From Patescibacteria group bacterium (GTDB taxonomy: Bacteria > Patescibacteriota > Patescibacteriia > UBA9934): 64,000 nucleotides of DNA. The notes beneath the pieces were generated by a model, which was not told where the DNA came from, did not search any database, and was given only the letters and a program-made list of their open reading frames with translations. Position 1 is the stretch's first letter; the number at the start of each line of letters is the position of its first letter. Below, in pieces: positions 8,212-17,443 of the stretch. The translations under genes and the position numbers were made by a program. The stretch covers positions 314,758 through 378,757 of the forward strand of contig JAGORL010000001.1 of assembly GCA_018062825.1 (NCBI GenBank), written 5' to 3'.

Positions 8212-8631
8212 TTACTCCGTAATGCTGCCGTCAAAGTGCTCTTCGTCGGCTTCTGCCTCAGCTTTTGTAGCATGTACCACGCCATCACGGTGATGCGGTG
8301 GCATGTAGAGCGTATAGAGCTTCATGCTCACACTCCCGGTATTAATAATGTTGTGCTTCACGCCAACAGGAACAATGATCACGCTGCCATCAGCAAGATC
8401 ATGCTCTACGCCGTTCAATACCGCTTTACCTGTACCTTGTTCAACGCGCAGAAATTGATCGACGTCATTATGCACCTCTTCTCCAATCTCTTCATGTGGT
8501 AAAAGTGCCATAAGTACCAATTGGCACTTCTTGTCGGTATACAAAACCTTGCGAAAGTTGGTATTAGCCAGAGCAAGTTCTTCAATATTAGCTACGTAGC
8601 CTTGCATAAGATATTTGTATTTAGCGCACAT
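8212..8631 (-). CDS. Cupin-domain protein.
   Basis: Cupin_2-like core with conserved His and Glu residues (HPHEEIGEEVH...G...H). Confidence 0.55.
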   Translation of the reverse strand: MCAKYKYLMQGYVANIEELALANTNFRKVLYTDKKCQLVLMALLPHEEIGEEVHNDVDQFLRVEQGTGKAVLNGVEHDLADGSVIIVPVGVKHNIINTGSVSMKLYTLYMPPHHRDGVVHATKAEAEADEEHFDGSITE

Positions 8632-8640
8632 TTTGTAGCA

Positions 8641-9321
8641 TTAGTACTCTGTCGGTATCGGTGTGGTTGCTGATCCTACGGTGTACTCTCCCCAAACACG
8701 TTTTGATCGTTCTTCAAAGGCAGCGCGAGCAGCAGGGAGTTTGGCAACAAGGATGGCGGGCAAAATCTTGTAAATCTGCTCAAGCACCTCCGGAGCTACT
8801 CCTTGCATGCTCCAAGAAAATCCTTCGGCATACATTGCGGCCACCTCATCATCAGTAATAGGAGGAAAGCCAGCGTTGTCGCGAAGTGCTGGTGTGATTT
8901 GAGCCTCCTCAAACGCTAAGTGCTCATCGATCAACGTTTTAAGTCCATGAAGCACTGCTTCTGCCTGCTCAGGGTGTGCTAGATCAGCAAATGCTGCATC
9001 CCCGCGTTCAAGTACCGGATCAATGTGATGATGCTGTTCGGTCAGTTGATCAAGTGCTGCGGCAAGATCAGCATGCTTACTACGAATATCAGGAAAGATA
9101 TTCGTATCTTCCATAGTGTGATGACCGTGGAGCGCTTGGCGATAGCTCGTATTCCACTCATTGCGTACATGCTCAGCGCGTGATGTATCGCCAGCCTTAA
9201 TCTGCTCCACCGCACGAATGAATCGCGCAATATCACGACGAAACGCATGGTGAGAACTAAGAAGCAGAGTAGCCATGGAGGCCGTACCGTCGTCATTTAA
9301 GAAGTTGGGAGCTAAAGGCAT
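8641..9321 (-). CDS. Hemerythrin-like (HHE cation-binding) domain protein.
   Basis: Motifs HH..EDTNIFP and further H...H pairs typical of the hemerythrin/HHE fold. Confidence 0.55.
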   Translation of the reverse strand: MPLAPNFLNDDGTASMATLLLSSHHAFRRDIARFIRAVEQIKAGDTSRAEHVRNEWNTSYRQALHGHHTMEDTNIFPDIRSKHADLAAALDQLTEQHHHIDPVLERGDAAFADLAHPEQAEAVLHGLKTLIDEHLAFEEAQITPALRDNAGFPPITDDEVAAMYAEGFSWSMQGVAPEVLEQIYKILPAILVAKLPAARAAFEERSKRVWGEYTVGSATTPIPTEY

Positions 9322-9334
9322 ATGCTGATCAAAT

Positions 9335-9712
9335 TTACTCTTTACGTAAAACCTTCTCCATCACTTTTCCTCTTGCCAGTTCATCGATCAACTTATCAAG
9401 GTAACGAATCTCACGCATAGTCGGCTCCTTAATATCCTCTACCCGAACGCCGCACACAACACCAGTAACTAAGCTGCGTAGGGGATTCATGCGCGGAGCT
9501 TTGGCAAAGAACGTTTCAAAGTCCGTTTGCTTCTTGATTTGAGACTCAAGTCCTTTCTGGGTATAGCCGGTGAGCCAACGAATAACCTGATCGACCTCAT
9601 CTTTGGTTCGGCCTTTGCGTTCTACCTTTGTAATATAAAGAGGATAGACGCTCGCAAAGCTTGTGGTGTAGATGCGATGTTTTTGTGGTGAACCGTTCTG
9701 ATCATTGCGCAT
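9335..9712 (-). CDS. DUF2200-family protein.
   Basis: Family-typical N-terminus ([37 protein letters not shown]). Confidence 0.55.
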   Translation of the reverse strand: MRNDQNGSPQKHRIYTTSFASVYPLYITKVERKGRTKDEVDQVIRWLTGYTQKGLESQIKKQTDFETFFAKAPRMNPLRSLVTGVVCGVRVEDIKEPTMREIRYLDKLIDELARGKVMEKVLRKE

Positions 9713-9717
9713 AAAAT

Positions 9718-10035
9718 TTATTTTGTACTCTTCTTGCCCTTACGGTTCAAGATACCTTGGACCGACGGGCTAATCTTCTTGTCTGTTCTGTGAGTACAGC
9801 CAAGCCAGCAGCATGGTCGACGTTGCCCTTCTTTGAGTTCATCAATCATGCGTTCAACGTGTTCTTGCCTTGTTTCTACCTTCTTAACAAAAGTCACCCA
9901 ACAGATCCACTCATTACGAGCAAGGGGTGTAAGGCTCTCCCAGGCCGCGAGCGCGCCTTTGCTCTTCATGAGCGCTTGGCGGATATCGGGCGTGAGTTTA
10001 TGAGCAGTGCCGTTTGAAATAGTGGTGCTGAGCAT
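9718..10035 (-). CDS. YdeI/OmpD-associated family protein (DUF1905-like).
   Basis: C-terminal signature [12 protein letters not shown]. Confidence 0.55.
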   Translation of the reverse strand: MLSTTISNGTAHKLTPDIRQALMKSKGALAAWESLTPLARNEWICWVTFVKKVETRQEHVERMIDELKEGQRRPCCWLGCTHRTDKKISPSVQGILNRKGKKSTK

Positions 10036-10054
10036 AGGGTGACACTTAATATGA

Positions 10055-10240
10055 TCAAAGTGTTGCCAATTCTTTTTCGATCAATACAGAGGCTATTTGA
10101 AAAGCCTTAATTCTGCGAACAAGGAGCGTGTGCTGTGAAGAGCCCTCTTGTAAGCGTGGCTGCACTTTCTCGCACTTGCCAATAGTAGACATTATGGCGC
10201 GAAGCGCTTCTGATAACTCTTCTTGCGTAAAATTACTCAT
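10055..10240 (-). CDS. Hypothetical small protein (61 aa).
   Basis: ORF in the same orientation, 20 nt upstream of ydeI-like and tightly packed into the minus-strand run. No motif recognised. Confidence 0.3.
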   Translation of the reverse strand: MSNFTQEELSEALRAIMSTIGKCEKVQPRLQEGSSQHTLLVRRIKAFQIASVLIEKELATL

Positions 10241-10499
10241 ACTATTGTCTCATAAGAGAATAATGGTCGAGCTGCACTTGGAACAATCCTATGTTCACTT
10301 CGCCTCCTCTTTAATAAGTAGCAAAGATATCGCCATTTGGCGAGGTTTTTGCTCAGCGAGTTTTGCTCGCCGTGTCTAAGAGGCTGAGTTTGTTAACTTA
10401 AAGCCTGTTGAGTTCCAAGAGTTCTTAAAACGCGTGAGCTAGGGCAAATGCAAAAACACCTTGCAATGCAGGATGTTTTTAGTTGTATCGGGGTGTAGC

Positions 10500-10685
10500 T
10501 TAGGCTGCTTCAAATCGTGCCTTATTTTCAATCATCCACCTCTCCATGTCTTCTTTTGTCTTGCTCGAATCATGCATTACATCGGCATGAGCTTCCATAT
10601 AATGAGGCATGAGTGCTTTCATCCAATCCTCAAAAGTTTCACCAACTGCAGTCACTTCACAGAGATCACATTTCATTGTTTTCAT
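10500..10685 (-). CDS. DUF1059-family small metal-binding-like protein.
   Basis: MKTMKCDLCEVTAVGETFEDWMKALMPHYMEAH matches the DUF1059 pattern (Cys pair plus His). Confidence 0.55.
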   Translation of the reverse strand: MKTMKCDLCEVTAVGETFEDWMKALMPHYMEAHADVMHDSSKTKEDMERWMIENKARFEAA

Positions 10686-10718
10686 AATATAGCTTAGTAG
10701 TGAATAGTGCTTTGTCTG

Positions 10719-11195
10719 CTATTCAGCGATCGCTTTAAGTCGCTTGAGCGCCTCATTCCACATAGTGGTGAAGAGTTCTGCATACTCATCATTAACGTCT
10801 ATATCGACCTTTACCTCCGTTCCACCATCAACCTCGGTGAAGGTGTAGTTCTCAAACGCCGGAGCCCACTTTTTTGCTTCCTCGCTCGTTGTATCTTCAA
10901 TGCCATCTTTCACAATCCCCTGATGTTCAATGGAGATAAATTCGTACGGCTTATTTTCCGCAATGCGACCAACCATGCCGCCTTCACCAGATCCTTCAGG
11001 ATTTGGACCAAGGAATAATATTTTTGATCCCTTGCTCCAGTCGCCAACAAAATACGATCCAGGATTAAACGTACTCGCCCAATCACGATACGTTGCGTCA
11101 TCAAGCATGGTATGCCAGAGCTTTTCCTTTGGAGCTTGAATTACGATTGAAAAATGAAGTTTTTGCATAGTAAGGCCAGTATAGTCATCGATCAT
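10719..11195 (-). CDS. SRPBCC-superfamily protein, AHSA1 (activator of Hsp90 ATPase homolog)-like.
   Basis: Length and motif pattern of PF08327-like proteins (..IVIQAPKEKLWHTMLDD..YRDW...). Confidence 0.5.
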   Translation of the reverse strand: MIDDYTGLTMQKLHFSIVIQAPKEKLWHTMLDDATYRDWASTFNPGSYFVGDWSKGSKILFLGPNPEGSGEGGMVGRIAENKPYEFISIEHQGIVKDGIEDTTSEEAKKWAPAFENYTFTEVDGGTEVKVDIDVNDEYAELFTTMWNEALKRLKAIAE

Positions 11196-11278
11196 TGATG
11201 GTACAAGGCGCCGGCGTTATTCGCTTTCACGGCCTTAAACAGAAATCACACCGATGTGATTTCTGTCCTTAAGATAGA

Positions 11279-12040
11279 TTAAGCATGTGCGTCACAGTAT
11301 GCGTAGATAGCATCGCGCATAAACTCCGGCAAATCTTTGTGGTGTTTTTCAAAGTAAGCACGGAATCGGGCATCGCCTTGGTAGCCGATATACATGTCAG
11401 CGAGTCCTCGATACATTGTGAGATTGGGTTCGTAGAAAAACTTTAAGCTGTCATAGTGACGTTGTACAAGTGCCTGCACCTCGGGGCTATGTACCGGCTT
11501 ATCCATGTTCGCCACAATCTCATCCATTAAGGCTTCACCGTCTTTTTGCATCTGCATCTTTTCCTCAGCTGTAAGAGATTCGTACTTACCAACGGACTGT
11601 TTGTACTGATCTGTATCACCCCAACGTTCCTTTGCCTCTTTATTCCAGGCCTCCTGTTCTTCTTTTGAAAAACCTTCGTACAATTCATTGTCTTGCATAG
11701 TGTTTTCGTGAGCAATTTTCTTAATGGTTTTATCGATTGTTTTAAGTAAGCTGTTCATTCGCTTCTTCTTGAGCTCTATAAGTTTCCTGTGTTCAACAAG
11801 TGCTTTGCCAACATCAAAACTTTGATCATCAAGTATGTCCTTGATGCTTGCAAGAGGGAATTCTAGCTCGCGAAAGAACATGATTTGCTGCAGCCTTAAT
11901 AAGTCACCTTCATTGTATTGGCGATAACTATTCGCAGCACTACGACTCGGCTTTAATAATCCGATCTTGTCGTAATAGTGCAGGGTTCTCACTGTTACTT
12001 CCGCTAAGGTTGCTAGTTGCTGGATGTTATAAGTTTTCAT
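11279..12040 (-). CDS. MerR-family transcriptional regulator with a C-terminal TipAS-like antibiotic-recognition domain.
   Basis: N-terminal MerR HTH (YNIQQLATLAEVTVRTLHYYDKIGLL) with a C-terminal TipAS-like helical domain. Confidence 0.7.
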   Translation of the reverse strand: MKTYNIQQLATLAEVTVRTLHYYDKIGLLKPSRSAANSYRQYNEGDLLRLQQIMFFRELEFPLASIKDILDDQSFDVGKALVEHRKLIELKKKRMNSLLKTIDKTIKKIAHENTMQDNELYEGFSKEEQEAWNKEAKERWGDTDQYKQSVGKYESLTAEEKMQMQKDGEALMDEIVANMDKPVHSPEVQALVQRHYDSLKFFYEPNLTMYRGLADMYIGYQGDARFRAYFEKHHKDLPEFMRDAIYAYCDAHA

Positions 12041-12170
12041 AGTTTAATGCAGTGTCGACCTCACTTATTCCTAAGCATAAACTATCACGTAACGTTAGAG
12101 TCAAGTACTCTCAAAAGTAATGTTGAGCGAGGGTTAAATGAAAAGAAATCGCACCATGCAACGCATGATG

Positions 12171-12205
12171 TGATCTCTGGCTCCGATTGCTGAACGGTTC
12201 AGAGC
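12171..12205. repeat. Hairpin-containing repeat A (TCTCTGGCTCC...CTGAACGGTTCAGAGCC), related to repeat B at 13067-13105.
   Basis: Shares an identical TCTCTGGCTCC block and the palindromic CTG(A/G)ACG..TTCAGA with repeat B. The two repeats flank the SGNH hydrolase gene. Confidence 0.4.
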
Positions 12206-12224
12206 CGCAAAATGGATCTTATAA

Positions 12225-12959
12225 TTATTTGATTGGAAATGCGTCCAATTCTTTTGACATCAGAGAGAACCAGTCAGCGTATCCGGCGTCACTCGGATGG
12301 AATTTATCCTCTGCGTAAAGATGCGTAGGATCGAGGGCAAAAGGGTCGAGGGCACGCTCGCGTAGAAGATCGGTATAACGCACCGTTGCAGAATCATGGC
12401 GCGCTACTTCAGCTTTCATGATTTCTCGAATTTTGTATCCTCGTAGCGCAAAAATCCAGCGACTGCCGAAAGGGAAAAGGGGAACGGTGCCAATATCGCC
12501 CGTTGAGGTTACGAGCACGTAATCACCTTTTTCTTTTGCCTGCGCCATAAGTTCAGCAAAATCTTTTGCGAACTCATCATTATTCGTAAAGCGAATAGCA
12601 TCATTGCCTCCAATGTGAATCATCACCAAATCAAAATCAGTTTCTTTGATTTCCGATAACTGCTTAACGGCGTCTCGCATGCGTGCACCACTTACGGATG
12701 CATTCACGATATGAGCGTCCGGATATCGTTTCGCCGTGAGGCCTGCTGGCGAAAATTCAGGCGAGCTCGCTCCAACTCCCACGCCCGTGCTATCGCCAAG
12801 AACAAGAATTTTCAACGTAGCCTGAGGAAGAGGGCGAGAAAAGGGAATAGCACGATCAGAAAGCTCTGTGCCAATGCGGATGAATTGAGTCGTCCGAATA
12901 TATTGAAATAAGATAAACCCGATTCCCGCGACGAGAAGAAAGAACAAGAAAATGCGCAT
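12225..12959 (-). CDS. SGNH/GDSL-family hydrolase with an N-terminal membrane anchor.
   Basis: Block I LVLGDSTG, block III IHIGGNDA and block V DKFHPS. The ATG at 12959 has GAGG 4 nt upstream; the longer 13055 start is less likely. Confidence 0.65.
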   Translation of the reverse strand: MRIFLFFLLVAGIGFILFQYIRTTQFIRIGTELSDRAIPFSRPLPQATLKILVLGDSTGVGVGASSPEFSPAGLTAKRYPDAHIVNASVSGARMRDAVKQLSEIKETDFDLVMIHIGGNDAIRFTNNDEFAKDFAELMAQAKEKGDYVLVTSTGDIGTVPLFPFGSRWIFALRGYKIREIMKAEVARHDSATVRYTDLLRERALDPFALDPTHLYAEDKFHPSDAGYADWFSLMSKELDAFPIK

Positions 12960-13066
12960 ATGCCTCAGTCTAACAACGAGGTTCATATAAATCAACGAAC
13001 ATGATTCGTTGTGTGAGAATACGTAGTTTCCACAAAAGAAAAACCACCACATCACTGTGATGGCTT

Positions 13067-13105
13067 CTCTGGCTCCCTCTACTGGACGCGTTCAGAACTC
13101 TGAAT
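13067..13105. repeat. Hairpin-containing repeat B, lying at the GC transition into the AT-rich island.
   Basis: See repeat A. Followed by the inverted repeat CTGAAT-(9 nt)-ATTCAG at 13100-13120. Confidence 0.35.
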
Positions 13106-13133
13106 TGGCAGGTGATTCAGAAGGAGATTGAAT

Positions 13134-13730
13134 TTAGCGGGATGGCTTCCTACGCTTAATACCAGTTCTGTGTGGCTGCTTACCGTCGAATAATAGTTTA
13201 AGGGAATCTACGACCGAACCTGCTCCTAGGACAATAATGAGAACGCCGTCTATCTTTAGCTTTTCCTTCAAATCCCAGAAAAGCTCCTCAATCAGCTTTA
13301 CGCGTTTCACTAAATAGTCGGGATCAACCATGATCGGTGTATTTACTGGCCAAGAGTCTTTTTCAATAGTGTTGTGAGCTGTATTGAAATGTCCCACCCT
13401 GTTGTACCGAGCCGTCAAAACCTCTTTCGTAGTTGCTTTAATTTTCAGTATCTTCGCGTGATAGTGAAGACGCTGTTTCTCGGAAGGCAACAATCCGCAA
13501 AGAGTAAAAAGCGACGAGGTTTGATCATCTTGATCGAGAAGGTTACTCAATACGTTTACCGCGTCTCTGCTATAAACGTCTGCCATAGATAAGAGGAAAG
13601 CTCCGTGTTCCTTGGCGATCTTTTCTTTTTCATAGATATAGCTCAATACCCCAATGGTTTCTTTGAGTCTATTCAGGGAATCGTTGATGTGATCGGTTAT
13701 ATCCTTTGGACGGAGCTTAGCCTTCGGCAT
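13134..13730 (-). CDS. Hypothetical protein (198 aa), island cargo; contains a possible HEPN-like Rx5H motif (RYNRVGH).
   Basis: AT-rich ORF divergent from 13780-14910. No family recognised. The HEPN suggestion rests on the short motif only. Confidence 0.45.
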   Translation of the reverse strand: MPKAKLRPKDITDHINDSLNRLKETIGVLSYIYEKEKIAKEHGAFLLSMADVYSRDAVNVLSNLLDQDDQTSSLFTLCGLLPSEKQRLHYHAKILKIKATTKEVLTARYNRVGHFNTAHNTIEKDSWPVNTPIMVDPDYLVKRVKLIEELFWDLKEKLKIDGVLIIVLGAGSVVDSLKLLFDGKQPHRTGIKRRKPSR

Positions 13731-13779
13731 ATCTTCTTACTTTACTATTCTTTACTATATCGGGTAAAGTACGCTCATT

Positions 13780-14910
13780 GTGAGCGAAAATGATTCAGAG
13801 ATTAACTTCTTCATTGAAGATTCAAAGCTCTACACTCTTTGGGTTTATTCACGACCCGATTTTTATCCAAGAGAATATTTTGGAATTGGCGAAATCACTC
13901 CTGCACAATACGACCATAAGGCAATTTTTAACTTTCTTAGAATAAGGCTGAAGATGGCCGATGTTCAGTTCAAAAGCTTTAATGCCTACGGCGATAACGA
14001 CTACTCAAAGATGGCTCTCCCACCCACGGATGCTACGCTTAAGGGATGCGATGATAAGCAGAAAAAAGCTATCCTAGCGGCCTGCAAGAAGTTTCGATCT
14101 GAACCATTCGGGTTAAAAGAGATCGACCTTCTACTTCCTTACTATTACAGCTTGTTTGATTATTTTTACTGGCGACCGTCCTTAACATCTACAGAACTGG
14201 CGAAAATTAAAACTCACATAAACGAGTACATTGATTTGTTTCTGAATACGGAACTCTTCGTTTACAACAGAAACTATTTTATTTTCGAAAAACAAAAACA
14301 GGTATTCATTGAACGATTAAGAAAGATGTCCGCTATCGAAAATTTTGGCTCGAATTTTATTGTTAGCGAAACCGCTAAGGGATATGAAAAGACCGAATCA
14401 CAAAACGGTTTCCTCTTCATTCACACGCTATATGCCCTGCAGAAGCTAAACTATATTAGTGTAATACGATTGTGGCATGAACGAACGGATACAGGACACA
14501 CTTTCCATGCAAACATTGTAATTTTTGATACCTTAATCGAGGAAGTAAATAACAGCTACAAGAAGGACAATCCTAAAAACGTTATAGATAAATTTGATGA
14601 AAAGAAAGGCGTTCTAAAGTTCGCTGAGCAGGAGATAGAGCTTTCAAAGAAGGGCAAGCAGACTGATGCGGTTCTTTTAATGAAAACTCTCCTCAAAACT
14701 GAAGGCGACGACTGGAAACACAACGACGAAATATTAACTGATTGGGGCTATAACGACGATGATCAGAAGGGAGTAGCGAAAAACAAGGTCTATTATGCAG
14801 GCCAAAAGATAAATAATGCCGTGGAACTCAAAACAAAGATAGGCGATTTCATTGAGTGCAATACTTCAAAGGCTCGAATCAATCCCAAATATAGAAAAGT
14901 TGATGAATAA
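13780..14910 (+). CDS. Hypothetical protein (376 aa), island cargo.
   Basis: AT-rich ORF followed by a terminator at 14954-14982. No family recognised. Confidence 0.5.
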   Translation: MSENDSEINFFIEDSKLYTLWVYSRPDFYPREYFGIGEITPAQYDHKAIFNFLRIRLKMADVQFKSFNAYGDNDYSKMALPPTDATLKGCDDKQKKAILAACKKFRSEPFGLKEIDLLLPYYYSLFDYFYWRPSLTSTELAKIKTHINEYIDLFLNTELFVYNRNYFIFEKQKQVFIERLRKMSAIENFGSNFIVSETAKGYEKTESQNGFLFIHTLYALQKLNYISVIRLWHERTDTGHTFHANIVIFDTLIEEVNNSYKKDNPKNVIDKFDEKKGVLKFAEQEIELSKKGKQTDAVLLMKTLLKTEGDDWKHNDEILTDWGYNDDDQKGVAKNKVYYAGQKINNAVELKTKIGDFIECNTSKARINPKYRKVDE

Positions 14911-14953
14911 TATATAAACGTCCATCAACATTTACAAATGCCCTGACATTTAC

Positions 14954-14982
14954 CCTGTGGTCAAACCTCAGGGTTTTTGTTA
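14954..14982 (+). terminator. Intrinsic terminator CCCTG-tggtcaaacct-CAGGG followed by TTTTTGTT.
   Basis: 5-bp stem with a T-tract, 44 nt after the stop of gene 13780-14910. Confidence 0.55.
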
Positions 14983-15121
14983 TGCAGCATTTAACTCAAC
15001 AAAGAGAGCAAGACGTAATATCCGAATCAAAGGATGTTTCTCTCGAAGACGAGCGCAATCTCGTTGATTTCTTTGCATTGCTTTTAGCCGTTGATAAACG
15101 AGTAAATAACAAAGCGAATTT

Positions 15122-16255
15122 ATGATTGATACCGTCTGCCTCCTTATTCCCCTGAACCATGTCGTCTTTCTCGACAAAGCCAATAAAGAGATTCCTGATT
15201 GGGACTTACATTCTAAGACTGAGAACTATCAAAAGTTCGTCAGAAACCCTACAAAAAAGGATAAGGAAAGTGGCCTATATTTTCCACGGATTACACTCTA
15301 TCAAAGACGTTACCAGCGTGAAATCAATGTAAAAATAGAGTTCTCAGCTCCAAAGCTACTGTACGAAAATAATCTTGAAGAGCTAAAGGATTCCGACTTC
15401 GATAAGGTAATTGATCTATTACAGGATCGGCTCAAGCGCATGGGATTAAGGGTCTTCCGTAAGTTCTTAGTTGAAGCCGACGTTTCTTCGATCCATTACT
15501 CCAAAAATATCCTGCTTTCGGATGGCTATACGGCTAGTTATCTGATAGCAGAAATGAGCAAGATTGATCTAAGAAAGAGCTTCGATTTTGCCCGTGCTCG
15601 CTACATCAATGACGGTCAAAGCCTGTGCGCCCATACCTCATCTCACGAGCTAGTCATATACGACAAGGTAGCCGATTTGAATAAGGGCAAGAAAAGGGCA
15701 ATTGACCGAGATCGAACCCCGTATCAAACGAGTCTATTCGCCGACTTGAAGAACGCGAAGAAGCTGATAGAAATCTTGCGGTTTGAAATTCGGCTCGGTA
15801 AAAAAGAGAAAATTAAGAGCCTACTCCTGAAATTAGGTCATCAAAAAAAGGTTGCCTTTGCCGAGATGTTCAATACAAGGCTTAGCCAGCAGGTAGTAAC
15901 CCACTATTGGGAAAAGATTATCAGCGCAAAAACCAACGGTCTATTCATTATTCCACCAACACATAAAGACCTGTTACGAGAGATCTACCGAGTTCAACCA
16001 GAGGTCAAACCTAGCCGCGCGTTCTATCTAGTCGGCTTATCTGCATTAGCAAAGGACGGAAACGGTATACGAGAGCTGAGGAGTATCCTTACAGGCAAGA
16101 CAAACGCAAGGACTTGGTATCGGATAATCAAGGATCATCGTGATTTTTCCAAGGCTATTTCAGCAAGCAAAGTCAGAGATTGGGTTTATCAGATAGATCA
16201 ATCCCTAAAGAAGTATGAGCCACTAACACGTTCCACATACGAAATTGCTGTGTAA
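15122..16255 (+). CDS. Rep_trans-family rolling-circle replication initiation protein.
   Basis: Signature blocks ...SSHELVIYDK... (the RIYDK-like block) and ...EILRFEIRLGKK... (the R.E.EL block), as in pT181 RepC and ICE/phage Rep_trans proteins. Confidence 0.5.
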   Translation: MIDTVCLLIPLNHVVFLDKANKEIPDWDLHSKTENYQKFVRNPTKKDKESGLYFPRITLYQRRYQREINVKIEFSAPKLLYENNLEELKDSDFDKVIDLLQDRLKRMGLRVFRKFLVEADVSSIHYSKNILLSDGYTASYLIAEMSKIDLRKSFDFARARYINDGQSLCAHTSSHELVIYDKVADLNKGKKRAIDRDRTPYQTSLFADLKNAKKLIEILRFEIRLGKKEKIKSLLLKLGHQKKVAFAEMFNTRLSQQVVTHYWEKIISAKTNGLFIIPPTHKDLLREIYRVQPEVKPSRAFYLVGLSALAKDGNGIRELRSILTGKTNARTWYRIIKDHRDFSKAISASKVRDWVYQIDQSLKKYEPLTRSTYEIAV

Positions 16256-16285
16256 AGAAAAGTAAAGTATAATTATAACTACAAT

Positions 16286-16468
16286 ATGCACACGGAAGAA
16301 AGTAAATTCTATACATCTCAAGAACTTTCAAAAGTCTTGAAAGTCAATATCATGACCATTTATCGCTATATTAAGGCTGGCAAGTTACAGGCTTATAAAA
16401 TAGGCAAAGAATATCGAATTGCTGAAACTGAGTTTACAAGGTTTTTGAATGAAGCTAGCACCGAATAA
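16286..16468 (+). CDS. xis: Excisionase-family helix-turn-helix DNA-binding protein (HTH_17 / Xis-like).
   Basis: Classic pattern over 60 aa: YTSQELSKVLKVNIMTIYRYIKAGKLQAYKIGKEYRIAETEFTRFL. Confidence 0.7.
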   Translation: MHTEESKFYTSQELSKVLKVNIMTIYRYIKAGKLQAYKIGKEYRIAETEFTRFLNEASTE

Positions 16469-16471
16469 TCT

Positions 16472-17443
16472 ATGGAGGAAAAACTACGAGCAAAAAACAA
16501 CAGAACAACCTTCGTTAGAAGTGAAGAAGTCTTGGAATTGAAGAAAAAGATAGTATCAGGAGATCAGCTGACAAGCGATATTTATAACAAGACGATCTGG
16601 GGGAGGCTTGAAGACGTTACTGTGAAAATCCCTGAGGGGGTTGTTGATCTCCTATTCATCGATCCGCCGTACAACCTAAATAAGGACTTCGGCAATAATA
16701 AATTCCGTGAACTTTCAGGCGATGACTATCAAGTTGTTTTTGAAAAATGGCTACTATCAATAATGCACACCTTAAAGAAGAACGCCTCGGTGTATGTTTG
16801 TTGCGATTGGAAAAGTTCCCCAATGATCTTTAATGTTTTAGATAAGCATCTCAAAGTACGAAATCGCATTACTTGGGAACGCGAAAAAGGGAGGGGGGCT
16901 TTGAGTAATTGGAAGAATTGCTCAGAGGATATTTGGTTCGCTACAGTCTCTGATGATTATAAATTTAACGTTGAGGCCGTAAAACTAAAGAAAAAAGTCA
17001 TCGCACCATACAAAGAAAACGGTCTAGCAAAAGACTGGGCAGAAGAAAGTGACGGAAAATTTAGATTAACTCATCCTTCGAATCTTTGGACGGACATCAC
17101 TATTCCATTTTGGTCGATGCCAGAAAATACTGACCATCCTACACAAAAACCAGAAAAATTAGTCGCAAAAATACTGCTTGCTTCAACACATAAGGATGAT
17201 GTTGTACTCGATCCCTTTCTGGGATCAGGTACGACATCCGTTGTTGCAAAAAAATTAGGAAGGAAATATATCGGCATTGAAATGAACGAAGAATATTGCT
17301 GTCTCGCAGAAAAACGTATTGCTATGGTTGATAAGAATCCGACTATACAAGGGTATCTAGATGGGGTCTTCTGGGAAAGAAATTCTCTAATTGAACAAAA
17401 AGATTCCAACGGAAGCACGGCCTTTAATGCAACGCTTATATGA
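16472..17443 (+). CDS. Type II DNA methyltransferase, beta class (motif IV DPPY precedes motif I); probably an N6-adenine MTase, N4-cytosine not excluded.
   Basis: DLLFIDPPYN (motif IV) comes first, with DPFLGSGTT (motif I, FxGxG) near the C-terminus. This is the circularly permuted beta order of PF01555-type methylases. Confidence 0.8.
   Translation: MEEKLRAKNNRTTFVRSEEVLELKKKIVSGDQLTSDIYNKTIWGRLEDVTVKIPEGVVDLLFIDPPYNLNKDFGNNKFRELSGDDYQVVFEKWLLSIMHTLKKNASVYVCCDWKSSPMIFNVLDKHLKVRNRITWEREKGRGALSNWKNCSEDIWFATVSDDYKFNVEAVKLKKKVIAPYKENGLAKDWAEESDGKFRLTHPSNLWTDITIPFWSMPENTDHPTQKPEKLVAKILLASTHKDDVVLDPFLGSGTTSVVAKKLGRKYIGIEMNEEYCCLAEKRIAMVDKNPTIQGYLDGVFWERNSLIEQKDSNGSTAFNATLI

Noticed and set aside
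10241-10499. 260-bp intergenic gap, checked for a small gene or RNA.
   Set aside because: It contains only a weak hairpin terminator for the DUF1059 gene and presumptive promoter space for the downstream minus-strand operon. There is no ORF with start-site support and no strong promoter/terminator pair.
13067-13105. Repeat B as a displaced copy of the tRNA-Asn 3' half (a tyrosine-integrase-style direct repeat).
   Set aside because: Only TGGCTC and AATTGG are shared with the tRNA 3' half. The alignment is otherwise poor. Any att core for a serine recombinase would be only a few bp, so this could not be confirmed from sequence.
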